From Candidatus Dormiibacterota bacterium (lineage in GTDB: Bacteria > Chloroflexota > Dormibacteria > Aeolococcales > Bog-877): a stretch of DNA of 64,000 nucleotides. The notes under the pieces were generated by a model, which saw nothing but the letters and a program-made list of their open reading frames with translations, was not told the origin of the DNA and did no database searches. The position numbers and the translations under genes were made by a program. Where the stretch lies: assembly GCA_049591595.1 (NCBI GenBank), contig JBAWFE010000027.1, positions 149,812-213,811 of the forward strand, read 5' to 3'. Positions 9,426 through 18,805 of the stretch are shown here, in pieces (the stretch's first letter is position 1; the number at the start of each line of letters is the position of its first letter).

Positions 9426-9926
9426 ATGGAGGTCCCGATCCGGCCGGCGCGCCCGACTGACTGCCAGGCAGTCGCCCATTTGTACGGCGGTTACGTGCGG
9501 ACGTCGCTGGCTACCTTCGAGCTCGAGGCTCCGACCGTGGAGAGCTGGCAGTCCAAACTGGCCGAACTGGAAGAGGCGGGATTGCCTTTCCTGGTCGCCT
9601 TACACGGTGCCGACCTAGTCGGCTACGCGCTAGCGACTCCCTGGCGTCCCCGACCTGGTTATCGCTTTACCGTCGAGGACTCCATCTATATCGATTCTCA
9701 GCGCAAGGGCCAGGGTCTTGGGCGGCGGTTACTTGCGGAGCTCATCACGGAGCTCCGAGCATGGGGTGCCAAGCAGGTGATCGCGGTGATCGCGGATTCC
9801 GGGGAGCCCGCCTCGGCCGCGCTCCACCTAGGGGCTGGCTTTGTGGAGGTGGGCCGTCTGCGCCAGGTGGGCTTCAAGCAGGGACGCTGGGTCGACACGC
9901 TTCTGATGCAGCTGACGCTCGAGTAG
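9426..9926 (+). CDS. GNAT N-acetyltransferase (phosphinothricin/MSO acetyltransferase-like)
   Basis: IRPARPTDCQAVAHLY ... ATFE ... RKGQGLGRRLLAELI is a PAT-family layout. The start is uncertain (TTG 9405, ATG 9411 or ATG 9426). Confidence 0.6.
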   Translation: MEVPIRPARPTDCQAVAHLYGGYVRTSLATFELEAPTVESWQSKLAELEEAGLPFLVALHGADLVGYALATPWRPRPGYRFTVEDSIYIDSQRKGQGLGRRLLAELITELRAWGAKQVIAVIADSGEPASAALHLGAGFVEVGRLRQVGFKQGRWVDTLLMQLTLE

Positions 9927-9954
9927 CCCTGATGCTCGGGGCCGGATCGCGCGT

Positions 9955-10833
9955 CTACTTCAGCAGGCGCGAGAGCCGCCGGTCGGCGAGCCGCCGGCCC
10001 TTCGTCTGACAGGTCGGGCAGTACTGCAGCGACTTGGTGGCGAAGGCCACGTGGCAGATGGTGTCTCCGCAGGTCAGACAGGCCAACCCGGTGCGCCCAT
10101 GCACTCTCATGGCCCAGCGCTTCTCGCGCTTCAGACCGCCTGCCTCGAAGCCGGTGCGCTCTGCCACCGCCGTCGTCAGCAGCCCCACCAGCGCAGCGTG
10201 GAGAGCTATCACTTCCTTCTCTGAGAGGTTTTGCGCGGGTTTGAACGGCGACAGCCGGGCGGCGTGGAGGACCTCGTCCGAGTAGGCATTCCCGACTCCC
10301 GCCAATAAAGTCTGATTGGTTAGTGCCGATTTGATGTTCTCCGGGGCGTGACCGAGCAGCTTGGCCAGGGTCCCAGCGGTGAAGGACTGGTCAAGGGGGT
10401 CGACCCCGAGGCTCGCCACGGCCTCGATCCGTTCGGGATGTTCTACAACCCATATCGCGAGACGCTTCTCAGTGCCAGCCTCGGTGAGGTCGATGCCCGG
10501 GCCCCTTTGCGCATCGCCGTCAAGGCCGAACTCCATCCGAAGCGCCAAGGGTCCTCGGCCAAGTCGGACGGGGCCCACTGGAAGGTCGTCGTACCATCGG
10601 ACCCAGCCACTTCGGGCCAGATGTACGACCAGCCAGTTAGTTTCGGTCTCCAGGCAGAGGTACCTACCGCGGCGTCGCCACCCGACAACCGTGCGTCCGA
10701 CGAGGTCGCCCAGTTGGGGTTGGACCGTTTTGAGAGCTGCGAACGAGGCTTGCTCTACTCGGGCAATCTGGCTGCCGCTGGTGCGGAGGTCGAGATAGCG
10801 CACCAGGGCCTCTACCTCGGGCAGCTCAGGCAT
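9955..10833 (-). CDS. formamidopyrimidine-DNA glycosylase / endonuclease VIII family (Fpg/Nei)
   Basis: N-terminal MPELPEVE (catalytic Pro2/Glu3), an H2TH region and a C-terminal zinc finger CLTCGDTICHVAFATKSLQYCPTCQ. Confidence 0.85.
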   Translation of the reverse strand: MPELPEVEALVRYLDLRTSGSQIARVEQASFAALKTVQPQLGDLVGRTVVGWRRRGRYLCLETETNWLVVHLARSGWVRWYDDLPVGPVRLGRGPLALRMEFGLDGDAQRGPGIDLTEAGTEKRLAIWVVEHPERIEAVASLGVDPLDQSFTAGTLAKLLGHAPENIKSALTNQTLLAGVGNAYSDEVLHAARLSPFKPAQNLSEKEVIALHAALVGLLTTAVAERTGFEAGGLKREKRWAMRVHGRTGLACLTCGDTICHVAFATKSLQYCPTCQTKGRRLADRRLSRLLK

Positions 10834-11210
10834 CCGAGCGATCCTTGTCAGTGTCGGGAGAGTGCTTCAGGGTCGCTCCATGCCCAAGGCCGCGGCGCGG
10901 TGACCCGGCGCCGAAAGGCGGTCCTGCGCTGACCGGATCTCCGTGCCCATGGTATTGACCGAGATGTGGGTGGCCCCCACTTCGCGCCAGTTGTCAGCCA
11001 GGGGCGCAACCGTGGAGACGCCCGCCGAGCGCCAGCTGATGCGCTTGAATGCCGAGCCGCGAGGGATCCCGGCCCCATTCCCGAGCGCCTCAGTCAGTGA
11101 CAGTGCCTCTCGCACGAGCAGCTTACGTGTTGACCGCCCCGCCGTAACACGCGGCCCAGCGCTGCCAGTGGGGATTCTGGTCCGGTGAACGGTTGGCCCT
11201 TCGAATCAGA

Positions 11211-13271
11211 TCAGGGAAGGAGGTGGACCGGACTCCCGAGGTACTGGACTTCGACGCTGATGGTGTCTCCCGCAGTGGTTCCTGCCGCAACGTTGTAGTA
11301 CAGGTCCCAGTATGAGGCGAGAGTGGAGGATGGATCGTAATTGGAGGGCACCTGGATGTCGAACTGAACCCATTGTCCGTTGAACAAGGAACCGCCACCA
11401 ACGCTGGTTTCGACCACCGCGGATGTGGTGCTGAACGTGTAGGTGGCCGGGGACGGACCGTCCGTGGTGATTCGAGTGCTCGCACCTCCAGCTTCATACG
11501 CAGCCAGGCTTACACCAAGATTGTCGACCGCAGGCTCGTTGGTCGTGTCGAGAGCCAGCGTGGCGTAGTCCTCTGGATAAGTCTCCGACAATCCGGTGCT
11601 GGGGTTTATGCCCGTGTAGCTCGGCTGGAGGATCCCCAAGTAGGCCGTACCGCTCACATCACCGGGGTCGAAGACTCTGACGGCGATGGTCTTACCCGCA
11701 TATTCCACCGGCAAGGAGAAGAGGGGGACTTGGAAGGAGCCCCCTCCGGCGCCCGCCTGGATCGGGGTATAGATGCACAGATCGGCCATTGCCGAGACGG
11801 TGCAGGAGGTACTGCTGTCGTTGCAAGAGTTGTTCGTCAGACTACTGCTTCCCGGAGTGACGACCCGCAAGGCGTAGGCGTTGTGTGCGAGCGGATAGCT
11901 GTCGGGCAGGCTGGCGCTGTTAACTGGCGATGGGCTGTAGATGACGGTCTGACTCGAGTTGATCACGGCACCGTTCCACATGAGGGTGTCCACGCGCAGG
12001 CGGTAATAGCTGCCCGTGGTCGCGGCGCCGGTAAGAGCAGTAGATGAGCCGCTGCCACTCTCGTAGCTGGCCAGGCTCGGGCTGGTGAAGGAGGCGTTGA
12101 AGAGCTTGGTGCTGTTGCCTCCGGTGTAGCTCAAGAGAGAAACATAGTTCTGAAACACCGTCGGCGTCGTACCTGAAACGGTAGTCGGAGAACCGGGAAT
12201 CGATGAGTTGGGGTTGTTGCAGTTTGCGTAGTACGTGTAGCTAACCGCTCCGCCGTCCTCGATTCCGTAGGCGTCGAAGGGGCAAAAGATATCCTGCTTC
12301 AGGGGAACGTCATCTCCGCGGTTGTTGATATCAGGCACCGCGAAGAGGGTGAACCCCATCGCGGCATAGTCATATGCCGGAGGTTGGGTACCAGTCGTAG
12401 TGTCCGGGAAGCTACTGTCGTCGTCGTGGTAGCTGTTGACGTCAGCATCGTTGTCAGTCCCGGGATCGAAGCTAGGGTTGTAAATCTGAACGTCGTCGGT
12501 GTCTCCGGGTGGGACGTAGATGAGGTAGTCGTACCCACCAGTGTCATTCACGCACATGTTGCCGGTCGTCCCATTCGCGACCCCGCACTTGGTGTCAGTG
12601 GCACCCGAGCAGAGATCGTCGCCCTCGATGCAGCTGATTTGGTGTACGTCCGGACTTGAGACATCGGAGCAATTTCCGTTGCAGCCGGTCGTATTGTCGT
12701 CGTAGGGGGTGGGTGTGAAGGCATCACCCTCGGAACGAGGGTTGCCGTACCCTTCGGTCCGCAGGAAGTACTCACCGGTTTGATCCGCGATCTCCTGCTC
12801 GGTCGACCCGAGCGAGTTCCCGGGCTGACCGAGTTGTATCGGAGGCAGGTACTCCGCAGTGGCCGAGGACGTTACCTCATGCTGGCCAAACCCGAACAGG
12901 TCCAGGAAATACACCGGCGCGGGAGCCGTGATCGACACCGTCAGCTCGTTGGTGGTGTTCGCAGGTTCGGAGACCGACACGGTGATCGCCGAGGTGGGAG
13001 TGCCCGAGGTGTTGGTGTACCCGTCGCGCTGCGCCGTGAGCAACGCTTCGCGGGTGGCGTCAGTCATGTCGCCCGGAAGATAGGACACGCCCGAGAGGGC
13101 AGCGGCAGAGGCCGCCTTCTCCTGTTGGTCACTGTGGAGATAGGAGATGCCGGCGTCTATGGCCAAACCCATGATCGCAAAGAGCACAATGGCGGTCAGG
13201 GCGAAGATCAGCAGGACCTGCCCCTTTTGGGTATGGTGCCAGGACTTCCTGGGTGACTGGCGGCTGGTCAT
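11211..13271 (-). CDS. TadG-like Flp-pilus assembly protein (large, Cys/Ser/Thr/Asn-rich extracellular)
   Basis: N-terminus QKGQVLLIFALTAIVLFAIMGLAIDAGISY matches the Tad TadE/G-like signature (pfam13400-like). 686 aa, many Cys pairs. Lower GC than the surroundings. Confidence 0.6.
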   Translation of the reverse strand: MTSRQSPRKSWHHTQKGQVLLIFALTAIVLFAIMGLAIDAGISYLHSDQQEKAASAAALSGVSYLPGDMTDATREALLTAQRDGYTNTSGTPTSAITVSVSEPANTTNELTVSITAPAPVYFLDLFGFGQHEVTSSATAEYLPPIQLGQPGNSLGSTEQEIADQTGEYFLRTEGYGNPRSEGDAFTPTPYDDNTTGCNGNCSDVSSPDVHQISCIEGDDLCSGATDTKCGVANGTTGNMCVNDTGGYDYLIYVPPGDTDDVQIYNPSFDPGTDNDADVNSYHDDDSSFPDTTTGTQPPAYDYAAMGFTLFAVPDINNRGDDVPLKQDIFCPFDAYGIEDGGAVSYTYYANCNNPNSSIPGSPTTVSGTTPTVFQNYVSLLSYTGGNSTKLFNASFTSPSLASYESGSGSSTALTGAATTGSYYRLRVDTLMWNGAVINSSQTVIYSPSPVNSASLPDSYPLAHNAYALRVVTPGSSSLTNNSCNDSSTSCTVSAMADLCIYTPIQAGAGGGSFQVPLFSLPVEYAGKTIAVRVFDPGDVSGTAYLGILQPSYTGINPSTGLSETYPEDYATLALDTTNEPAVDNLGVSLAAYEAGGASTRITTDGPSPATYTFSTTSAVVETSVGGGSLFNGQWVQFDIQVPSNYDPSSTLASYWDLYYNVAAGTTAGDTISVEVQYLGSPVHLLP

Positions 13272-13273
13272 GG

Positions 13274-13948
13274 CTATGAGCCCTCCGGCGGAAAAGTGAT
13301 CGCGGTATATGAGCTATCGGTCTGCGAGTAGTAGGCAAGTCCGGGCGACGTGAAATGGAACCAGACGGCGACGCCGATTGCCTCCTCATCGTCCACGGAC
13401 TGGGAGCGCAGGTTGAGTGCGTACTCTCCAGTACCGCCTGTAAAACATCCTGATGCGCCAGACGCGCTGGCTCCATCGGTGGCATCGAGGTTCCAGCTTC
13501 CCGTCGTCGAGCAGAAGGTGTAATCGTCCTGCTCGGTGGCTCCGGCCGGGTTACCTTGCGCCACGGAGCAAGTGGAAAGGGCTGGGAGGACTCCGCCTGA
13601 CGGCATACACGAGGCCGGTTGATAAATCTCGATCAGGGTTGGGGTGGAGTTGGAGAGCTGGTTCAGTGACGGCAGCATCGCCGAGAGGATCTCTTCGTCT
13701 ACGGCACAGGGGTCATCAGCGGTCGTCTGGCACGTGGAGTCCTCCTCACATGTCAGCGAACCACTCTGCTCTCCGCAGGTGCTTCCGATTTCGGCGGCGA
13801 TCCTCGCGCCGTAGCCGGTCGCCTGGGCGACACTGTCGTTGTTGGCGATCAAAGCCGCCCCTGTCCACGCTCCGAGGAACACCAGCAGGATCACCGGAAA
13901 AATGATCACGAGCTCGATCAGGGCTTGGCCGCGTTCGCTTCGGCGCAT
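13274..13948 (-). CDS. TadE-like pseudopilin
   Basis: MRRSERGQALIELVIIFPVILLVFLGAWTGA is a TadE N-terminal motif. Its ATG shares a base with the upstream tadE stop (TGATG on the minus strand). Confidence 0.6.
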   Translation of the reverse strand: MRRSERGQALIELVIIFPVILLVFLGAWTGAALIANNDSVAQATGYGARIAAEIGSTCGEQSGSLTCEEDSTCQTTADDPCAVDEEILSAMLPSLNQLSNSTPTLIEIYQPASCMPSGGVLPALSTCSVAQGNPAGATEQDDYTFCSTTGSWNLDATDGASASGASGCFTGGTGEYALNLRSQSVDDEEAIGVAVWFHFTSPGLAYYSQTDSSYTAITFPPEGS

Positions 13949-14580
13949 CACAGGCTTTGCGGCTCCAAGCGGCAGACCACCGATGCGGTGAGGTGGAATG
14001 TCGCCCAACCTCCGATCGTGCTGAAGGTGTAGTCGACCTTGACTAGCGCGAAGTCAGGCGTGCCCACCAGGCCCGAGCTCTGGCTGGTGATGCGATCCTC
14101 GGCTGGCCAACTGCAAGTGGTGTTGACCGTACCGGTGCAGCTCCAGCCTGTCGGGTCGGTGCCGGTGACCCCAGTATGGGTGTAGATCATTTCACAGGGA
14201 ACGCCGCTACCGCAGCCGTCAGTGTCCAGGACGAGGTTCTCGCCCGAGGAACCACTCACCTGGTCTTCCCGTTGTACGGAGATCGAAGTGACTGTGGAGA
14301 GGACGGTATTGTTCAGGCCGGCTGGCTCCATCAGCTGAATGGCCAGTTGGTCCGCGTCCAAGGTGTTCGTCCCCTGGACCTCGGTGCCGTTGCCCTCAGC
14401 AGCGATCTCGGCTGCGCCGACATCGACGGCGTGTTGGAGGGCGTTCCTGGAGAACAGGAGAAGTCCGCCATTTATGATCGAAAAGAAGATAAAAAAGAAG
14501 ATCGGGGCCGCCAGGGCGAATTCGATCGTCGACTGAGCCCGCTGACCCCGTCCCGGACGGAGCAGCCGGTAGAAGAACAT
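13948..14580 (-). CDS. TadE-like pseudopilin
   Basis: RGQRAQSTIEFALAAPIFFFIFFSIINGGLLLF is a TadE motif. The ORF is open to 14607. Confidence 0.6.
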   Translation of the reverse strand: MFFYRLLRPGRGQRAQSTIEFALAAPIFFFIFFSIINGGLLLFSRNALQHAVDVGAAEIAAEGNGTEVQGTNTLDADQLAIQLMEPAGLNNTVLSTVTSISVQREDQVSGSSGENLVLDTDGCGSGVPCEMIYTHTGVTGTDPTGWSCTGTVNTTCSWPAEDRITSQSSGLVGTPDFALVKVDYTFSTIGGWATFHLTASVVCRLEPQSL

Positions 14581-14936
14581 CACACTGCTCCCAGCCCACT
14601 GGACCAATGTCGTTTGGTCGTAGCGAGTGGCAGGTAGGAAGTCGGCCGGGCCAGAGGGAACACGGTGCCGCTGCCCAGGCTCAAGGATGGCTCCTCACGT
14701 CCGCCTGATCGCTGCGCAGCGACGGCCGCGCAAGCAGGCTAGCGCCCGCCCCTGAGGGGCAAACGCAGCCGAGCCAAAATGGATGCTTCACATCCCCCAG
14801 TTTCATGATGTGGCTGGAGCGTATCCGGGCCTGGTCACACCGCGTCCGTACAAACTGTGACGCTTCGGTAACAGCTTCTTTCACTTGTCCAGTTCAGGCC
14901 AGCTGCAGGCTAGCACGCAAAGGGGGCACCGAGTTC

Positions 14937-15797
14937 GTGACGTTGACCCTAGTCGACATCCTGCGCAGCTCCTCCGCTTATTTGGGTCGAGCTGGCGTCG
15001 ATCGCCCACGACTGGAGGCGGAGTTGCTGATCGGACATGTACTGCATCTTGAACGTCTCCAACTGTACGTTCAATTCGAACGGCCTCTGGACGAGCCGGA
15101 GTTGGGCGTCCTCCGCTCCATCCTCAAACGACGGGCGGGAGGTGCGCCTCTGGCCTACTTGATCGGGGAGCGGGAGTTCTTCGGTCTGAGTTTTTTGGTC
15201 CGAGAAGGAGTTCTGATCCCTCGCCCCGAATCCGAACTCGTTGTCGAGCTTGGGCTGGCCCGAATCGCTGCCCAGGGCGGCCCTGTCCGAGCTGCCGACC
15301 TGGGCACCGGAAGTGGCTGCCTGGGGATCGCTCTGACAGCCAGGTCCAGTTACCTGCAGATGGACGCAGTGGATGTGTCGATGGTCGCAGTCGATGTGGC
15401 CCGCGAAAATGCGAGCCGACTGGGGGTGCGCGACCGGTTCACGGTGCTCCCGGGCTCTTGGTGCGATCCGCTGCTTGACCGCGGCCCCTACGACCTCGTC
15501 GTCAGCAACCCGCCCTACGTCACCACCCAGGAGCTGACGCTGCTGGAGCCCGTCGTCCGGGACTTCGAACCACACTTGGCACTGGAGGCTGGAGAGGATG
15601 GGCTTGACTCGTACCGGGCCCTTCTTGCCGAGTTGCCTAGGATCACCGCCCCCGGGGCGACCGTCCTGCTCGAAGTTGACCCGCGTCGGGCACAGGCGGT
15701 GGTTGAAGTGGCGACTCAGATTTGGGCAGGCCCCAATTCGGTCATTCACCGGGATCTCACCGGACGGGATCGGGTGGTCGAGGTCACTGTGCCGTGA
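14937..15797 (+). CDS. prmC: release-factor glutamine N5-methyltransferase
   Basis: SAM motif DLGTGSGCLGIAL and substrate motif NPPY (VVSNPPYV). GTG start at 14937. Confidence 0.85.
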   Translation: MTLTLVDILRSSSAYLGRAGVDRPRLEAELLIGHVLHLERLQLYVQFERPLDEPELGVLRSILKRRAGGAPLAYLIGEREFFGLSFLVREGVLIPRPESELVVELGLARIAAQGGPVRAADLGTGSGCLGIALTARSSYLQMDAVDVSMVAVDVARENASRLGVRDRFTVLPGSWCDPLLDRGPYDLVVSNPPYVTTQELTLLEPVVRDFEPHLALEAGEDGLDSYRALLAELPRITAPGATVLLEVDPRRAQAVVEVATQIWAGPNSVIHRDLTGRDRVVEVTVP

Positions 15798-16432
15798 GTG
15801 GCCAGCTGTGGAGAGCGGATCCCGCCGGGTTCGAGCAGGCGGTCCGGGCGCTCGAGGCTGACCATTCGATCGGCTTTCCCACCGACACCGTGTACGGCCT
15901 CGCCTGCTCGGCTGCCAGTGAAGCGGCGATCGCCAGACTCTGCGAGGTCAAGGGGCGCTCGGCCTCTCAGCCGCTCATCCTGATGGCCGCCGCCACGGTG
16001 GACCTTGAGGGATACGTCAGCTGGCCTGCGGCGGCCGCCAAGCTCATCGATCGATTCTGGCCCGGTCCCCTCACCTTGATCGTCGAGGCCAGACCCCGGG
16101 CCGCATTACTCGGGGGCCAAGGCACGGTCGGAGTGAGGATCCCGTCCCACTCCGTAGCCCTCAACCTGCTGCGCCGAACTGGACCGCTGGCCACCACCAG
16201 CGCCAACCGCCACGGGGAGGAACCGGCGGCGGACGCCATCTCGGCCCTGAGGCTCCTGCCGGGACTCCAAGGGGCGCTAGAGGACCCGCGACCAGCTACG
16301 GAGCCAGGCGCACCCTCATCTATACTCGACCTCACTCGGGATCAGCCCGTCCTACTTCGCGAGGGCAGGCTCAGCGCCCGCGAGTTGGGGGTATCTGCGC
16401 CAGCGCAGGACCCTGGGATTCGGAGGGACTGA
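15794..16432 (+). CDS. tsaC: L-threonylcarbamoyladenylate synthase (YrdC/Sua5 family)
   Basis: IGFPTDTVYGLACSA is a YrdC signature. The GTG start overlaps the prmC stop (GTGA). Confidence 0.8.
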   Translation: MSGQLWRADPAGFEQAVRALEADHSIGFPTDTVYGLACSAASEAAIARLCEVKGRSASQPLILMAAATVDLEGYVSWPAAAAKLIDRFWPGPLTLIVEARPRAALLGGQGTVGVRIPSHSVALNLLRRTGPLATTSANRHGEEPAADAISALRLLPGLQGALEDPRPATEPGAPSSILDLTRDQPVLLREGRLSARELGVSAPAQDPGIRRD

Positions 16433-16433
16433 G

Positions 16434-17693
16434 ATGGCGATTGCAGAACAGCGGCTCAGTGCCCTGCACGAAGCGGATCCCGAGCTCGCGGCCCTGCTGG
16501 AGTCTGAGCTAGATCGCCAGCAGTACACGTTGGAGCTGATCCCCTCCGAGAACGTCGCCAGCCCCGCCGTGCTGGAGGCGGTCGGATCGTGGCTGACCAA
16601 CAAGTACGCCGAAGGCACCCCAGGAAAGCGCTATTACGGCGGTTGCCAGTTCGTTGACCAGATAGAGATCTTGGCCCAGGAACGGGCCTGCGAGCTGTTC
16701 GGGGCGGAACACGCCAATGTCCAGCCGCACTGCGGTAGCTCGGCCAACATGGCCGCCTACATGGCATTCTGCCAGCCTGGCGACACGATCCTGGGGCTGG
16801 ACCTGAGTCATGGTGGACATCTGTCCCACGGCTCGCCGGTCAGCTTCAGCGGGATCGTGTATCACGCGGAGACCTACGGGGTCAGCCGCGAGACTGAGCA
16901 GCTCGATTACGAGGAGATCCGCCGCCGCGCCCGCGAAGTCAGGCCCAAGGTCCTGGTGGCCGGGGCCAGTGCCTATCCTCGGATCTTCGATTTCCCCCAG
17001 CTGGCCGAGATCGCGCACGAGGTCGGCGCGGTGCTCTTCGTGGACATGGCCCATTTTGCGGGGTTGGTGGCGGGGCGCGCCCACCCCAGCCCTGTGCCGT
17101 ATGCCGACGTGGTCACCTTGACCACTCACAAGACCCTGCGGGGCCCGTGGGGCGGCATGATCCTCGCCCCGGAGGAGCACGCCAAGGCGATCGACAAGGC
17201 GGTCTTCCCGGGGGTCCAGGGCGGCCCACTGCTGCACGCCATCGCAGGCAAGGCGGCTGCCCTGCGGGCCTGGGGGCAGCCCGAGATGGAGGGATACGCC
17301 CAACGAGTGGTGGCCAACGCCCAGCGGTTGGCGGCCGGGCTGCTCGGTGAGGGGCTACGCCTGGTCAGCGGCGGTACCGACAACCATTTGATGCTGATCG
17401 ATCTCCGGCCGCTGGGACTCACCGGGCGCCAGGTCCAGGAGGTCTTCGACCGGGCCGGGATCACGGTCAACCGAAATTCCATCCCGTTTGACGAAGCCAG
17501 CAAGTTCAATCCCAGCGGGATCCGGCTCGGTACCCCAGCGGTGACCACCAGGGGGATGGGGCTGGAGCAGATGGACGAGATCGCTTCGATGATCTCCCGC
17601 ACCATCCAGAATCTGGGGGAACCGGCGGTGGAACGGGAGGTGGCTGCTCGGGCGCGACTCCTGTGTGAGGCCTTCCCGCTGCCGTACCGCTGA
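16434..17693 (+). CDS. glyA: serine hydroxymethyltransferase
   Basis: LIPSENVASPAVLEAVGSWLTNKYAEGTPGKRYYGGCQFVDQIE ... TTHKTLRGPWGGMI (PLP-Lys motif). Confidence 0.95.
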   Translation: MAIAEQRLSALHEADPELAALLESELDRQQYTLELIPSENVASPAVLEAVGSWLTNKYAEGTPGKRYYGGCQFVDQIEILAQERACELFGAEHANVQPHCGSSANMAAYMAFCQPGDTILGLDLSHGGHLSHGSPVSFSGIVYHAETYGVSRETEQLDYEEIRRRAREVRPKVLVAGASAYPRIFDFPQLAEIAHEVGAVLFVDMAHFAGLVAGRAHPSPVPYADVVTLTTHKTLRGPWGGMILAPEEHAKAIDKAVFPGVQGGPLLHAIAGKAAALRAWGQPEMEGYAQRVVANAQRLAAGLLGEGLRLVSGGTDNHLMLIDLRPLGLTGRQVQEVFDRAGITVNRNSIPFDEASKFNPSGIRLGTPAVTTRGMGLEQMDEIASMISRTIQNLGEPAVEREVAARARLLCEAFPLPYR

Positions 17694-17707
17694 CCGGGGC
17701 GCTGCTC

Positions 17708-18805
17708 GTGCCCACCATCGGTGACCACTACCTCAGCGCTCTTCCCATCATGTTGGTGGCGGTGGTCGTGACCATGGCCAGCGTGCCGGTGGCGCGCTGG
17801 ATCAGCTTTCAGGTGGGCGCCGTGGCCGAGCCTGGTGGGCGCCACATCCACGAGCGGCCGACCGCCCGGCTGGGCGGTCTGGCGATCATGTCCGGCTTCG
17901 TGGTGGCGATGGCCATCTTCGGCCGCCAGGTCCAGGACTGGCTTCAGATTGTGGTGATCGCCGTGGCGGTCGCCGGGCTGCTGGCGGCCGACGACATCCT
18001 GGGACTGGCCTACTGGACGAAGCTCGTGATTCAGGCGCTCTGCTCATTGGCGGTGGCCTGGCTGTTCGCCATCAGCATTCACTCGGTCAATCTGCCGGGA
18101 CTGGCGATCCACTTGGCTTGGGCGACGATTCCCATCACCATGATCTGGCTCATGGGGATGCAGAACTCGATCAACCTGCTCGATGGGGTCGACGGCCTGG
18201 CGGCCGGGGTCGTTGCCATCGTGGGCGCGGTGCTGTACCTGGCGGCGGTGAACCGCCTCGGCGTCGAACCGAGCCAGGGAGGGGTGATCCTGCTCTCCTC
18301 CGCCTTGATCGGGTGCTGCATCGGCTTCCTGGTCTTCAACTTCGCGCCGGCCCGGATCTTCATGGGGGATTCGGGCAGCCATCTGCTCGGGATGCTGGTC
18401 GGAATCGTCACGATCCTGGGGGTAGCCAAGGTGACCGTGGCGCTGGCCCTCTTCGTTCCCGTGCTGGCGCTCGCCTTGCCCATTGGGGACACCGCCTTCG
18501 CAATCTTTCGGCGCCGCCGGCAAGGGGTGGGATTCGCCCACGCTGACGCCCGCCACCTCCATCACCGGCTGCTGGCGCTGGGCCTGACGGCCAGGGAGAC
18601 GGCGATCACCTTCTACCTTGTGACCGCCATCCTGGGATGTCTCGGCCTGGCGGTGTTCGGTCATCGCCGCATCCTGGCTGTGGCGCTCGGACTGTTGGTC
18701 GTGGCTCTGGGGCTACTCGGATGGCGGATCTGGCGCCGGGGCGGCTTCGCCTTTCAGAAACCGACTGACTCTGAGGCGACCCACCTGGACCGCCCCCATG
18801 TCTGA
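17708..18805 (+). CDS. wecA: polyprenyl-phosphate N-acetylhexosamine-1-phosphate transferase (MraY/WecA family)
   Basis: DDILGL, NLLDGVDGLAAG and FMGDSGSHLLG are conserved in the MraY/WecA family. 10-11 TM. Its position after tsaC/glyA matches the actinobacterial rfe locus. Confidence 0.7.
   Translation: MPTIGDHYLSALPIMLVAVVVTMASVPVARWISFQVGAVAEPGGRHIHERPTARLGGLAIMSGFVVAMAIFGRQVQDWLQIVVIAVAVAGLLAADDILGLAYWTKLVIQALCSLAVAWLFAISIHSVNLPGLAIHLAWATIPITMIWLMGMQNSINLLDGVDGLAAGVVAIVGAVLYLAAVNRLGVEPSQGGVILLSSALIGCCIGFLVFNFAPARIFMGDSGSHLLGMLVGIVTILGVAKVTVALALFVPVLALALPIGDTAFAIFRRRRQGVGFAHADARHLHHRLLALGLTARETAITFYLVTAILGCLGLAVFGHRRILAVALGLLVVALGLLGWRIWRRGGFAFQKPTDSEATHLDRPHV

Noticed and set aside
10348-10932. 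194-aa and 145-aa plus-strand ORFs
   Set aside because: They are antisense to the unmistakable Fpg/Nei gene (MPELPEVE...zinc finger) on the minus strand.
16509-17303. 264-aa minus-strand ORF
   Set aside because: Antisense to glyA, with no domain.
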